Source: Catajapyx aquilonaris (taxonomy: Eukaryota). Taken from it: a DNA stretch of 64,000 bases. Shown here piece after piece: positions 1-13,800 of the stretch. Both the position numbers and the translations under genes were made by a program. The notes beneath the pieces are model-generated. The model was given only the letters and a program-made list of their open reading frames with translations, searched no databases and was not told the DNA's origin. Each line of letters opens with the position of its first letter. Position 1 is the first letter of the stretch. Where the stretch lies: contig KZ538009.1 in assembly GCA_000934665.2 (NCBI GenBank), positions 62,001 to 126,000 on the forward strand, in the 5' to 3' direction.

Positions 1-1
1 G

Positions 2-675
2 CGTTATCCTCCCACGTTTTCTGATTTGGCGTCACGGAAAACAAGATCTCGATTCCGCCCCAGTGCATTAGCAAGGAGGCTTCTACTCTGGGAGTCGGCT
101 GATCGCCAGTTTTGGAAGGCCTCAGGAATCAAGGAGGCAGGCAGCAGACAACATTCGCCACCACTTTGGACCCAAGTCACTCTTGTCTGTGGGGGATGTT
201 CACAAGGACCGCTCGAACACACCCACACACCACGGGAGACATTCTAATAGGAGGACTTATCTGGATAGTACTGCCTGAAGGAGTGTTTAATCCTACAGAA
301 CTTCACCTTGAATTTAACCTAGCTTTAATCTTACATAGAATTAAGCAGACCAGACTGTGTCTGTCCACGGTGACTCATCAGTCATCACCAACGTGCATGT
401 ACTGTAGTACTACTTTCCCCCTGAGAGCGGCAGTAGTGTGCTGTCATCCGCCTATCATCCTACTTCCAACGGGCCAGACAGTGTTGCCAAGTTTTGGACT
501 TGATATCAACTGGCTCGTCAGATGGCGTTACCATGACCTAAAAAAACTAGACTTTAATATCGGGAGCTACTTCGGCAGCAGAGTCAGGTCCTGACCCCTG
601 CGGACTCCTCATCTCAAGTAGGTCAGCGCCTTATTCGCACAGTGCATGATCTTGTGATTCTAATCCCATCAGAGA
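2..675 (+). pseudogene. Highly decayed BEL/Pao-type LTR retrotransposon pol C-terminus (DUF5641-like) remnant
   Basis: Motifs in the expected order but in different frames: LARRLLLWESADRQFWK, then LLSVGDV, then LIRTVHDLVILIP. They resemble the DUF5641 pattern RW...FWKRW / vGDlV / RPixkLxxL. Interrupted by the repeat at 353-497. Confidence 0.33.
353..497 (+). repeat. Dispersed repeat family A, copy 1
   Basis: Aligns in inverted orientation to 39991-40153. The 23-nt core CCCTGAGAGCGGCAGTAGTGTGC (419-441) is identical to the reverse complement of 40079-40101. Confidence 0.85.
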
Positions 676-3600
676 CCGCCACTCGCTTCGCCTGGAAGCG
701 CATTGATCCCTGGGAGAAAAGAGGGTTGAGGGAAGGAAGGAAAAAGACGGAATAGAAAAAAAAATTGTGGGATGAGTCCTTGAGACAGCTCAAAGTCTTG
801 ATCCGCAAATGCAACTCAGCATCCCGTGGCTTGCTCTTTCTCAACTAGATTTTTTTTCCGGCAAAACCGCAGCCTGCAATGGTGTCAAAGCCAATTAAAG
901 AGGGTCGCTTCTTTTCCGACCTCTAAACACATGTTGAGAACCCCTCAAAAAAGGACTCAAAATTTTTTGCACAGTTGCTCATAAAGGATGTGTGCAAAGT
1001 ACATTTACACGAGCCCAACTCTCATGGCGCCTACTATTTTTTTTCTCCATCCCACACCATGGCCGAAATTATTCATCCAGGCAGTTGAAACAGAGCAGCA
1101 GCATTTGCTACATCCTGCATAAAATATCACATACGCAGTACTTTGCATCAGCATTTCAATCGCACACACATGTAAAAAAAAAAGGTGGAGGTGAGTGCGG
1201 TTTCGAATTCCTGTCCCCGGTAACTAATTTAAAAGTCGGCAACGAAAAACGTCCGCTTTTGTCGGGGGGTCGTGATACAGCTAGGATTTGAGGGGTGTGG
1301 TGCCCTAGCGGCGGCCTATTTTTGCGACAAAATGGTCCAAATTCGCTTATTACAAGTGCATGAAAACGAGAAGTGGCCAGGGGCGTGGTTCTAGTCCGGC
1401 TGCCCAACTTTTCCTACAGCCGCGGCAGCTCAGCTTTAATATTCAAAAAGAGTGGGGGGTGTCCATGCCCAGCAGGCCTCAAATGCCTGCGGATCCCACA
1501 GAACAGAAACAGTTATTACAGATATTGCATGAACGTCGCAGATAATGAAAAAAAAAGCGAAATTGCTTTCTCGCTCATTCCCCTTCACGTTATGTATAAC
1601 TAGTTTGTTCAAGCATGCAAGTTATAGAAATTGCTGCGTACAAAATACTCTTCAAGTTTCTGTAACAAACAAACCATCAGTTGCGTACACAGTATGTCCA
1701 ATTAAATTTGAAATCAGTGAATTATTTACGGTTTTATCTGGAAGGCCGGTTCTTCTTCTTACAGATGACTTGCTAATTTGTTTTTAAAGTGCTTGTTTGT
1801 TACAACTTGTATATGCTGGGGTGATTATATTACAAGGAAGAGGCTACGGTTAACATCAAAAATTCTGATCCTTGGCTGGAGGCTCCCAAGATACGCGTTT
1901 CTAGCTATTGGATGGTGCACGTTCCGTGAGCATTGACAAAGCAAGCCAATAAAACAAGACATCAAAAGAAGACCGGAGCACACACAGACCAGAGATAATT
2001 AACTAGGAAAAACCATGGATAAAGGATTATTGATCGCATAGAGTTGCCCTCTCTCTCTCCCCCCTCCATATAGTTGCCCTAGAAACTAATTTAAAACTGA
2101 GTTTCTTTCTGTACTTGTACAGAACGTTCATTTCAGAAGCTATTTCGCAGAATTGCAATCAAGTGCTCAATAATAACAACGTGCAATGTAAATGAACTTC
2201 TCATAGTGAAGCCTGCTCATGCATTGCTGATGCTGAACAATAGATCACCGACCTTTGGATTTTTTATGCGAAAAATACATAGCCAGACAAATGGCGAATT
2301 TCTGAAATATTAACGGACGAAATGTTATTCTTATTTTCTTCCATCAGCAACTACGAAAAACACATCGATTTTCGTTGTCATCTCGCATTATGAGCAACCA
2401 CCTCCAATAGGAGTGACACCTGTTCACTGCAAAAGTCCATAGATGTCCCTTTCATGCAATCAGCGAATAATTCTAACTGCACAATTGAGAGGAATTAGCA
2501 CGCTGACAGCCAGCTGCTGGGTCGGACGATGTTATTTGCCATCCCAACCAGCTGAAAGTGGCCCACCCTGATGAGGGTGGGGTGAGAGGAAGCGTCCATC
2601 ATCAGATATACCCCCCTGCAAGAGGGTCGTCAAGGGGGACAGAACCCGAGGAGTAAAACTTGACCCCACCCATTTCCACAAAACCAATTTGCTGACCAGA
2701 GTCTAATGAAATCGACCCTTATATGCGCGCCTCGAGAGCCATTTCCAGCAGCACCTTCTATAGCCTATGCTTATTTAACAAGAGCTGTCGAAGCGAGAAG
2801 ATCCAGTGGCAGAAACTTCAGTGCCTGTCCTCAAGATGGAGACGGCGTAACTCTGCAGGTGATAGGCCATTAATCCGGAACCCGCAGGATGGGAAAGGCA
2901 ATGAGGAGCCTATTGATTGGTGGTGGAGTCCGTGGCAACGTGACAGGGGTATGGGCCAAGGGGATGCGGATTCAGGCGGCGGTACAGTACTATCTCTATA
3001 GTCGCAATGAAAAGCTCTCTCAGGGCTTTGATTGAGCTGCTATCGCCAAGCACTGGTTGGCCGACCAAAATGGAAATCGCTCCAAACTGCCATTCATCCG
3101 TGGCAGTCACGTAGGCTAATTCCGGTTGGTCACGGGCTCTCTCGGACAAAGTGTTCGCATTTTTAACCCCCCCACAAACTCCTGGAAACGCTGCAGCAGC
3201 AGCATCAAAAGCCCCCCCCCTCTGTATCAAAAGAGTCCGGGGGCTTTTTACTCAACCTGTTGCTGTCCTTTCCCCCCCACCCAGCACCACATATCAGTTG
3301 CATCTGAAGGACTCCCAGAGGAGGTCAACACCTTGTACCTGTTGCCTATACCTCATTAAAACTGGGCTGCAAACTTTTGTTCACTTTTCCTTTCATCTTG
3401 ATTAGCGTTGGAGGGAATAATAGTGCCATTATCGTAGCGTATTGTGCAGATGGGGAAGCGAGTACTCGCCATCAATTATTGGGGGGAAGGGAACTGCCGT
3501 ATCTACATTTTGGAAACCCCTTTGGTGCCGGTGCAAGAAATGGCGACGGCTTATCCGAGGCCGTCCTTTAACTTTAAGGAGACTCAAATCTGAAATAAGA

Positions 3601-6600
3601 TCCGCACACTCGTTTTGAAACATACGGATTTAGAACAATGCTTGCCTGCACACTGCTCATGAATGTTCCAAAATTGTTGTAGGAATATTCGCATTTCATT
3701 TTGGGTGATACTGTGTCGAGGCAAAGAAAGATCTCTCCGCATTGGGACTGCTTGGTTCAATGAAAGGTATTGGAATAGGCGAACCCCGTGGATAATCGAT
3801 ATACGGTTGGTTACTCAGGCGTCTGATACACAATCCGGCCAAGTGCCCGGAGGATTTGATAGAAGAAAAAAAGAAGGAGCTGAGGTGATATAGCATAGTC
3901 TCAATAGACGGGGGGACGTTAATTTCCTGAGCCGCAGCTCTTTGCCTGTCTGACAAAATATGCTAATTATTGGAAGCATTTCAAGCTTACGACCCTCCCC
4001 CCCACCCTATCCCCCCCCCCCAACGTAAAACTCCGGGAGTTGAACATGCTGGCGACCGGAATAATTTCCAGGCAACAGTTCCAATCTGGGCGGAAGAAGG
4101 AGAAAGGAATGTTATTAGCTGACAAATTCGCCAACAGATTCAGCTTTGCAAAGTGCAATAATCAGAGCCGGTGCTGCTGGATTAAGCCTGGAGGGGGTGG
4201 GGTACAGGGTGGTGGGAGAGAGAAAAAGTGGGCTGTTCATATTGGCATATCGTCTTATTGTAGCAGTGCAGACTGCAGAATATTACAGCTTTTTTTTGAG
4301 CTTCCCGGGAATTTTTGTTCCGCTCTTTTGTGTTTCCAGAGAAAAACTGTGGTGGAAAAAAAACCTAATGGCTTAATGATCTTACTCCAGCTTGTTCTGC
4401 AAGCATATCTTCCTCGCTTTCTTGGCAATATTTTTAACGGCCTTCGGGACACGACCATTAGCTCGACTCCGACGAAACACAACAAGCAAGTATACACATG
4501 AAAACACTCGAATGTAAAACAAGAATTATCCTGTGCTCGCAGGAAAAAGATTCTTCAGCTTCACAATGGAAACAAATGGAATAAACATGACCCCGATATC
4601 CAGCACTATTAATTTTCATTTCCCGTCTAAGACTTTGCGATCTATCAAAGGCATATGCACTGTATAATATTTCGCCTGGGATCAACCCGGATTTTCCGTC
4701 GCAGCGACATCCCGCATTTCGTCCATAATTTACTCCCACCGAATTTCTCCGACACGACTCTCCAGTTATTACCTAATCCTGGATATTGCGTAGGCTCAAC
4801 ATGCTGTCCACCGGGCGCCACCACCACCGGCTTGCAAGTCTCGCCGGCGCTTTCTGTTTTAATTAACACTACAAAACAGGCACGGAGCTAGTTTTACAAG
4901 GACAGCAATTACTGCAATCACTAATTAAACTTTGCTGCAGGCCTTACGCGAAGGAATGTCCCGGTAGGAAAATTGGCCAGTGTTTTTCCAACCTAGAATC
5001 GAAGGCTAGATTGCCACGCAGGACGTGTGTGCCAAAATACCCGCATCGATTGCGAATTCGTGAGTGTTCCAGTTGATTCAGCAAAATACTCTAATAATAG
5101 GGGATCGCAAGTGTTTACTTCAGCATTGCGTTACAGTCGCAATGGAAACATACTCTTGCATAATTATGTTAAACTAATACCTTGAAAATAATTCGTATAT
5201 GAACTCACTGTAGTTGCTGCTTGTTGTATCTGGAATCAAGCCCTCACTGTCAGTTTCTCTATATAGCCAGTATGGTATAAGTTGAAAGAAGTGTTTAATA
5301 TTGTAATAGCGAATTATAACTAATTCTCAACGAACTCAAGGGAATTTAGTAGACTATATATAGTGAAAGCCTACAGCAGTTTTTATCGACGTAAGGTGTT
5401 CTGTGCCAACAGCAGGTGAATCTGACAGGTTTAGAACAGTGCAGGTGCATATATAAGGCTAATAGCACCTCCGGCACTGAAACATTTCGCAAATGTTAGG
5501 CCAATGCATAGTGCGATTATTTCCACCCAGGTATATACCAATGGTGAGGAATTAAGCTACACTTTGAAAGGTGCATAAATATAGTTGGAATTAAACCGAT
5601 TATGTTGGAAGACAGTTTCCATGAACAAAGTTCTGATAACATGATGTTTCATCATGGTAAGTGGGTTATTTTCATCCACAATAATGGCTCCTGCGATTAC
5701 TATGCTGAAATACACTGAAACCGGAACAGCAACTGTTTGGCTGAATTTGTCAACTTCAATACATGCACCGCCACAACAAGGACGACGAGGAAAACGCCAG
5801 TAAACGTGTCGAGATAAGTTTCCGTTCCAAATTACATGTAAACATTAATTAAAGAGCAGATGACTGCCTCTGCAATGGATCCTGATTACTTTGGCTGAAG
5901 ATTTAATGTACGATTACGCATTGTTTATAGATTGTCCTTCTCAGTGCAAAAAGCTGTGAGCTACCTTATAAAACAAACATGCTTTATGATGCATTATAAA
6001 TATTCAGATGAGACTGCCGAGATGATAATTTTCTACATCTTTACTTATTCATATGAGACGACTAATACTGTACTACTGCAAGATTTATTAAAACAGAAAA
6101 ATTACAGTAACTAGTAAGTTCAAATAATCAACGCAGCGTCATGCAGACAAATTAATCATGCTTGATGCTGAAGTTGGCAGTATTCAATTTGACTCATCAA
6201 CCATGCCAACTGTACAGCGTCCATGCCCAGTAAGCAATAGGACATTTTTTTCTCTATATTTTTCTTTACTTTTTCTTTGCTCATAAAGTGCAGCAATCCT
6301 GTTGTAAACGTGTGGCTGTTTCAATAACTCGTGATGCTTCGCCGCCGCTTTTAAGATGGCAGATTGAAGGGGAAGTTGGTGGATGTCAAATGGCCTCCCC
6401 TTGCCTTTTGTCGTGCAGCCTCGAGATGATGTGCGGGCATCAGAATGGGAATTGCCTCCTCAGACCCCTCCAGCGCAAGTTTCCAGCCGAGTTGAGGCAG
6501 TCCCCCCCTTTCCCGTAAAACCTTCCCGGAGAGATAGAGACAAGTACATGCAAGAAGCTGCAAATGAGCCGTCCGTTCGTCACGCCGCATTGTCTCCTCT

Positions 6601-7748
6601 CCCTCGATACTCCAGATTAGAAAACTCTTTCTCGCCCCACAGCCCAACTTCTTTTGCCCGGATTTTCATCACAGGATCTCCCTTAAATGAGGTTTGTCTC
6701 TGCCTGCTCTTCGGGTCAGGCTCCGGATTTTTCTCACTTCCTGAGCCCGATTTGTTGGGGGGCAAACGTTGACGAATGTGCTCGATCCGGACACTTGAGA
6801 TATCCTCGTTACCAACTCCAGGTCTGTGTAGCAGCCATTTTTGTTCCTGGTAACATCCTTTAATGCCGCCCCGTTTTAAACCCCTCCACTTTTATCTGCA
6901 ACATATACATGCTCTAAAAACCGGTGACGATGGAAAAGAAAGTCCGAACGTGCAAAGAGGATCAGCACACATGGTTGCACCCATCTCATTCATGCCTTCC
7001 TTCCCCCCCATTTTCAGACAGAAAGGGCAACTTCGCCTCACAAAAGACAGCTTTAAAATCAATCCAGCATACCTCCCCCACCCACCATTCCCTTATTCTG
7101 CAGATAACTACAGCTTTCTAGCTGCATTCAAGAAATGCCTTTGAGTTTTCGATGGGGGAGGAATGGGGAGGAGGAATAACAAAAAAAAAAGGTCCGGCTT
7201 CTTCCTGGGGTGGCATGGAAGCGAAATAAAATGCGACTAGTCTTTCGGAGGGGTCGCACGCTCTTCTCTTGAGAATAAATGGTTCCCCCTCCTAGTCTGA
7301 AGGGGGAGAGACACCCTGAGGGCGCATCATCCACGAGCCATGTTACACTGCTCTTTCTCTAAGGGTTCCAGCGGTTGGAGGGATAGAGAGATGGGGGGAT
7401 GGCTTCCCTGTCAATTAACTGGCTTTTCCCCTCGCCAACCATTGAAACCAGAAGCCCCAGAGATGGCCAGGATGGCCGCACCACCAGCCCTGTTGCGTAC
7501 CCTGGAGGACCTCTATAAATAATTCCGATGGCGATATGTGATCCGAAGGGCTCCGCTCCCTCGGCAGCCATTAGTCCGTCATGGAGGAAAGAACACACGC
7601 CGGGTTGATGCAAGGCGACGGGGAAATTCGCACTGTGTTATCATCGCGAATTGATCAAGAACCCTGTATAAACAGACTCAAAATTGCACACAAACCAAAG
7701 ATAATGTACAGTAGGATAAAATTCGATAAAAATATGTCTCTTTGCAAC

Positions 7749-7889
7749 TTTTAATCCTGGAAGGTATGCTGTGCACGATGCAAGGGTGCGGCTGCCTACA
7801 TGCAGGATAAAAATTCATTTCTGGAATTTATCCTGAATGTAGACAACCTCACCCTTGTATCATGAAGAGCATACCTTCCAGGATCAAAA
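7749..7889. repeat. 141-bp foldback palindrome (63-bp arms, 15-nt loop)
   Basis: 7749-7811 versus the reverse complement of 7827-7889: 54/63 identical, ungapped. Confidence 0.9.
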
Positions 7890-10800
7890 TGTGGTTCCAT
7901 GGAGAAAGTCGCCTCTCCCTGCAAAAATGGATTAACTAGACTCATTTCTTGGGCAGTGTTCACCGTGGGGGGCTCCCCAATTTCCTCCTTTTTTGGGAGG
8001 GGGGGGGGAGGCCACCAGCACGGAAACTGCCTCCTGACTCCAGGAAAGGGGATCTTTGATGGATCTCTGGCTCCCTATGGAATGGCGAGTGGAGGCCTCC
8101 AAAGAGTGAGGGGATGTAGGGGGGAATAGAGCCAATGTCCAGCTGAGTGGACCAGACGGTGTGCATAATTTATAACCTTTCAGATGGGCGAAAAGAAGGT
8201 CACTTTACGACCATGACCAGTCGCTTCGAGTTAACTCTAACACGCAATGAAAATGTACCGTACTGAAAAATTACTAATTATATGCAACTAGATTCGCTCT
8301 ATCGATGTGAAAAATGTTGTTGAGTAGTCCTCGTACCCTTCATGTACAGGACAACTACTGCATTATTAGTGATATGCATCCCAGTTTAACCAATTATAAT
8401 ATAATACACACTGCCTGAATGAACGGGTTAATTGACGTTGTTACTGCCAATTGAACATTGAATAAACTATTCATTGCAGATATGTTAATCCAATTTTAGA
8501 TCGCTATACAAAAAACACCATGCACGTACTACAGGCAATAATGAATTACTCTACAGGGTGTTTCATAATAATATTCACATTGGTCGCAAGGTCGCTGGGT
8601 TAATTAACTTTTATCCTTCGGATTTAATCCTCTAGTGAAGGTCTATCGGTTGTTATCCCTCTTTGCTTAAATTCTGCTAGCAACTGATAAGTTCAGCCAG
8701 GCGATTTACCTTCATTGGTGCAACAACTCGGCTTAACGGCTTTTTATCTCTCAGTTAAAAAAAAATCCAGACACAATGTCATTGCGGTAATAAAAGACGT
8801 TCTGACACTCATAAGTGTAATCCCTGTATTAAAGGTAGCTTAAGGTTTGGAGCACATTTTCGTTGCAGGTCTGGCAAATACCGGGCTCACTTACTTAGCA
8901 TTTCTCTTTGCCCCTACCCTATGGCAGGAAAATTAATATTTTAGAACAAAATTGAAAATTTTGAGGGAGTAGTGCGCCTCGTGCCCCGTGGCAAAAGGAT
9001 GATTTTGCAGCAAGTGCCTGCATGTAAATTGGTTTCCTCCCTTTTTCCATGCGCCCTGAGGCACTCCGTTTCAAACCAATACCCTTAGTTGCAAATGGAA
9101 AGGTAGATCAATCTCATCCAACTCATGTTCTGCCCGTCCATTAAGAGTGAATATAACATAATGTAATCCGAGGAGCTCCGGAGGCGTTTCAATTCGATCT
9201 TAAATGGAGAATTGATACTCCTTTTTTTGGAGGGAGGGTACAAGACCCACCTCCCTTTTTTTTAAAAAAAAATGTTGTTCACACAGGCAGATTTAGAGTG
9301 CTGCAAGACAAAAAGAGGCCTGATGTTGTGCTAGAGAGCGACTGATACGAAGAGTCCATTACCAGTAATATAGGCCTGCTACGAAAAATTGATGGTTAAA
9401 ACGAGGAAGGAAAACGCCCGAAGCACTTTCAAAACTTCCGTTATTTTCCTCCAACAACTTGTTCATATGCATATAGTTCAGTGTGTTCTTAGAAAACAGT
9501 TGAATATATTATTACGCACCAGTTATTTTCATTCAGTGGATTTTAGTAATGATAATATTTTTCTGCACTAATTATAACATTACCAAAATGGGATATGAAA
9601 ATAAATAAATAAAATAAAATAAACTGCTTCATAATTTAATGACAAAAAACCTGTATAAAACAGACATTTCAATTGGAGCAGAGTGACAAGGTCACTTGAA
9701 GTTCCCACTGTAGTTGACCACCTGTTTCTAAAAATGGGAGTGCGCAATGTGTAGCTCGTGAATAGACTGCTTTGCTGGCTATGTACAACGATAGTGATTA
9801 ATTTAGTTTCAAATTAGTGCGAGTGGCGAAGCTCGTCATCCGCGACGTATAAATGAGCAGTTGTGCCCCAGTTCCTGGTGAGCGCCTACTACTACCTACT
9901 GCGTCTGTCGAAACGTGTGCCAGATTATCCAAATAGAATGTAACTAGGAGGACAGAAAAAGAGGGGGGGGGGGGAAATGAAATGACCGCATGGATGAAAC
10001 CTGCCCGTTTAATTACGGGTTAATAAATGGCAAAGGGTGTGTCACGACTGGCTGTCTCTCAACCCCGGAAAAGCAAGGGACGGGTATGGACTGACGAGAC
10101 AAAGAAGGGGGGGGGAAGACAGTTGAAAAATGGAACCTTAGGGGGGGCACAGACAAGGGACATGTCTGTCTCATTACCCAGATGGAAACGGGTGGAAAAA
10201 ATATTGCCATTAATCCTGCTAACTTTTTTTTATACTAAAGGTCTCTAAGGATGCTGTTATTAGCAGCATGTGTTCTACTGTATAAAATGAGTTACAGAAC
10301 GGAGAGCTATTTTGCACAATGTCGCAGCTACTTTCACAGTTTGCCATAAATATTACAGTATGTTGGAATTTGCACTATGCACTATGCTGGCAAAAAAGGC
10401 ATTTTAAACTGTAGTGCATTAGTTTCATTATGACAATTTATTTTGCATGTACAGTGAACTGCACTAGAAATTCCTGCATTAACTACTTCACAAAGAAGCT
10501 TGTTTATTAAGCCATTACAGTGCTTCTAGGAATGATGAAAATATTGTATACCGGTATATATAATATTAAAGATAATCGTCTAATAGTGTACTACTGAAGC
10601 AAAAGTTTCAATTCCTTATAAATTCCTATGGAAAAAAATTGTATGCTTCTTATAGAAGAAAACCACTAATAAGGTTGATGAGCTTAGTGCCAAAAAATTT
10701 GATGACTCTCTTTGCACAATTCAATTAGTAAGGCTCTTCATTTGCAAGCGCCAGGGGCTCTTTTTTCATTTGACAGTGTCATTGATTGAAGGACTGGGTC

Positions 10801-13800
10801 GCTTACATGCGGCTCCCATTAGCATTCACCCCACAGCAGAGGACTGGACATCGCGTAGTCCCCGATGACAATCCCTCCTTCCCAAAAATAATACTCCCCC
10901 GAAAAGTTATTAATCCCTTTCCCAAAGTCATGGCTCCCTCCCCTCCCCCTCCCATTAGGATTAAAATCAGATCCTGTTTTGACAAGTGCGCCTGCTGAAG
11001 CAAATCCGCGTGTGAATCCACAAGGGCTTGAGCCGCATGCCCAAGTGGAGATGAACTCTTTTCCCCACTGCCATTAACAGTGCTAATGTTGCTCCATTGA
11101 GTCCATGTAAGTGAGTTGGGCGGGCTTGAAGGGGGGTGGGAGACAAAAAGGGGATCAAAGTGAAGGGGGGGGGGGAGAGAACNATCTTTTTTTTTTGGAA
11201 AGGGGGGGGGGAGAGTAGAACCGTGGGGGTGTGGGGGAGGAAAAGGGGCGAGCAAAATGACACCTCCCAATGTGTCATCGGATCATCCCCTCAACATGAA
11301 AGAGCGTGATCCGAATTTGAAATCAAGTTGGCCTGATGCCTGGAAGCCCTTTATTTGACTCCTCAGCCCCCCCTCCCTCTCTCCACGTGACGAGGAATGT
11401 GCGGGTGCTCCAATAATAATAAAAAAGAGCACTTGAGAAATGGGTAACATCGCACAGTTGAGTAATGCCGCCTGCTTTGGTCACGGCCCCAGAATGAATA
11501 GGGATGTGACAAAAGACCGTGACAAAAAGAGGTTAAAAGTGTTCAGAAGCAGTATAGGGTGCTACAGTATGCCAGTGTGAACTCTACAAATAATTCAATA
11601 GGATCAGATCAATTCGCATCATTGTGTAACAAGATAGCTTAATACCATAACAGCGTGTTCCGTTGAGATTAGAACTTTGCGGGAACACCCTGTACATTGG
11701 GAGTATCGGAGTCGATACGGGGGTCCAAGGATTTATGGCGCCCACTAATAATCGCCGCCCCCCGAAAGTTGGACGGTGCAAGTACAACAACATTTATAAA
11801 AGACTTGTCACGTGCTCGTAAAAATGCAAAGTTCGGGAACTAAATATTCAAACCGACTCAAGTGCCGTCGTAAAATGAGGTCGCGATTTATTATGGAGTG
11901 GTCTGGGAGGGAAAGACTTTTGCACTGTTGCAACAAGTATAGCTCCAGGCGAGGTAAATTCGGCGGTACATGTTCTGCATACATTGCATGAGAGTATAAA
12001 CTAAAATACAGTCAGTTTTGTAATGAGCGAGGTTGCCAGTAGCATCATTTTACAGTGCGTTGGATGGATGAAGAAAAGCCACTATTCATCTTCAGTGTTT
12101 ACAAGCACATCAGAGCATTGCAACAAATAATTATTGTGGTGAATAAAATTTACAACGTTTGTACACAAACAGAAGTTATTCATTACCTCAGTGCTCTCAA
12201 AATAATACTCATAAGAACATGGTCAGTCGCATTTTTTAAATGTACTCCACCGACATTTTGGAAAACTGTAGAGTATGTACATATAGTGCACGTACCAAAA
12301 AGCCGAAAGCCAACACTGAAAGCGGCCAGAGGGAGTACTCCTTCCTTTGACCCACGGCTCCTCCAATTACATTTAATTGGTCGGCAGATGAAGAACGCGA
12401 AGAGAGGGGCCTGTAGGTTAATAAGCCTCGTATAGGTCGGGGAAAAAACTTATTACGCCACTTCAAATTGGGGGTGGGGGGGTGGGAGAGACCACGTCCT
12501 TTTTTTCAGAAGCCTTGATGCAAAAGTGAAAATTCTTTTCCAAGTCACAAGTGGCCTCTATGGCATGGGGTAAAAATTGAGATCCCCAGAGTGCCAGCGG
12601 TCGATACGCTGGTATCAAATGGCCCTGGGAGCTAGAGAGGCTCAGTTTTTACAATAAAAAAGACACTGTCAGTATCTTCCATCTACGCCATTATTTTTTT
12701 CTCTCTCTTTCTCTCTCTCTCTTCCTCTGCCGACCGTTTCAGGCTGCGCCGAAAAAAAATAGCCCAACTCTTTCCTTACGTCAATACAGTATCAACTTTC
12801 TGGTCCATAAAATCCGAGATTAGTAGCAAGAAAGTGAGGTTGTCTGCACTTCCATAACAAAGGCACGATTCTTGACAAGCCTTTCGAAAGTTGTTATCGT
12901 GGAAATGCGCGACTCCAAAAAATGTTTCGCACAAAGAGTACAGAGTAATAGCCACTCTTTCACCCTCATAAATCCCATTGACAAAAAAGAGACTGCCTGA
13001 TAGTACCATGTTTCTTACTTCCTGTACATCCTCACACAAAAGCAGCATATGCCAAGTGGGCTAGGCATGCAGCTACAAGTTTACACACAACTCTAATTTT
13101 TTACCTGCTAACTGGTTACTAAAAAGGCTTCAGCATGTTAAAATGTTTCAAATTATCTACATGGTCAGCTAAATATTGAGCTATCGTTTGTTTGTATTTT
13201 AACTGAACGGAATGTACTAACTGTCTCCCCATTAATCTGCCTCACATCCGAATGAATACATTAACTGTTCACTACTTAATAACATCGGTTAAATCTGATG
13301 TTGTTAATGCATCGCCATGATTCAACAGACCCTAAACGAGTATGCACGATGATTTTGAAATCTGGCCTGTTGGGGGTCAATTAAACTAGAACCACAATAA
13401 ACAAGCATGGTTTAATCCTACTATTTTCACAGCCACTTTGAAGAGCAGCTTTAATGTATAACAATATTCAAACACCGATGATTCCCAAAAACACAATAAC
13501 GTTTTTGTTCTCATTTGAATGCAACCAAATCGCAACAGCAACAGTGCCTTTACGATAACATTTCCGAGACCCGGATTTTTCGAAACAAACTGATCCCATC
13601 CCCTTGCCCTCTCCCCACCATCCTATTACAGCAGAGTGGTTTATGCCCAAACCTTCTGCCTTCCTTCTAGCCATGATGGAAACTAATCCGGATCCGGAGG
13701 CCATGTCCGGATGAAAGGGAGGGGAGAGGAGGAGGAGGAGGAGGGAGAAACGAGCCTGGACTATCATCTCGGGGAAACCTTTTTCCAGCACTTTTATTTA

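Noticed and set aside
5340..5900. Cluster of splice-donor-like motifs and short protein-like frames on the + strand
   Set aside because: The model needs a 41-nt intron and weak acceptors and gives no recognisable domain. GTRAG is common by chance.
11308..11319. GATCCGAATTTG, matching the 3' part of miR-10, and GAAGCTCGTC near 9828, matching the 5' end of miR-993
   Set aside because: Partial matches only, with no hairpin and no full mature sequence. No evidence for a Hox cluster.
11651..11694. Tc1-like CAGGGTGTT end motifs (mini inverted pair here, solo at 8552)
   Set aside because: Only about 12 bp and imperfect. Possibly TE debris but too short to call.
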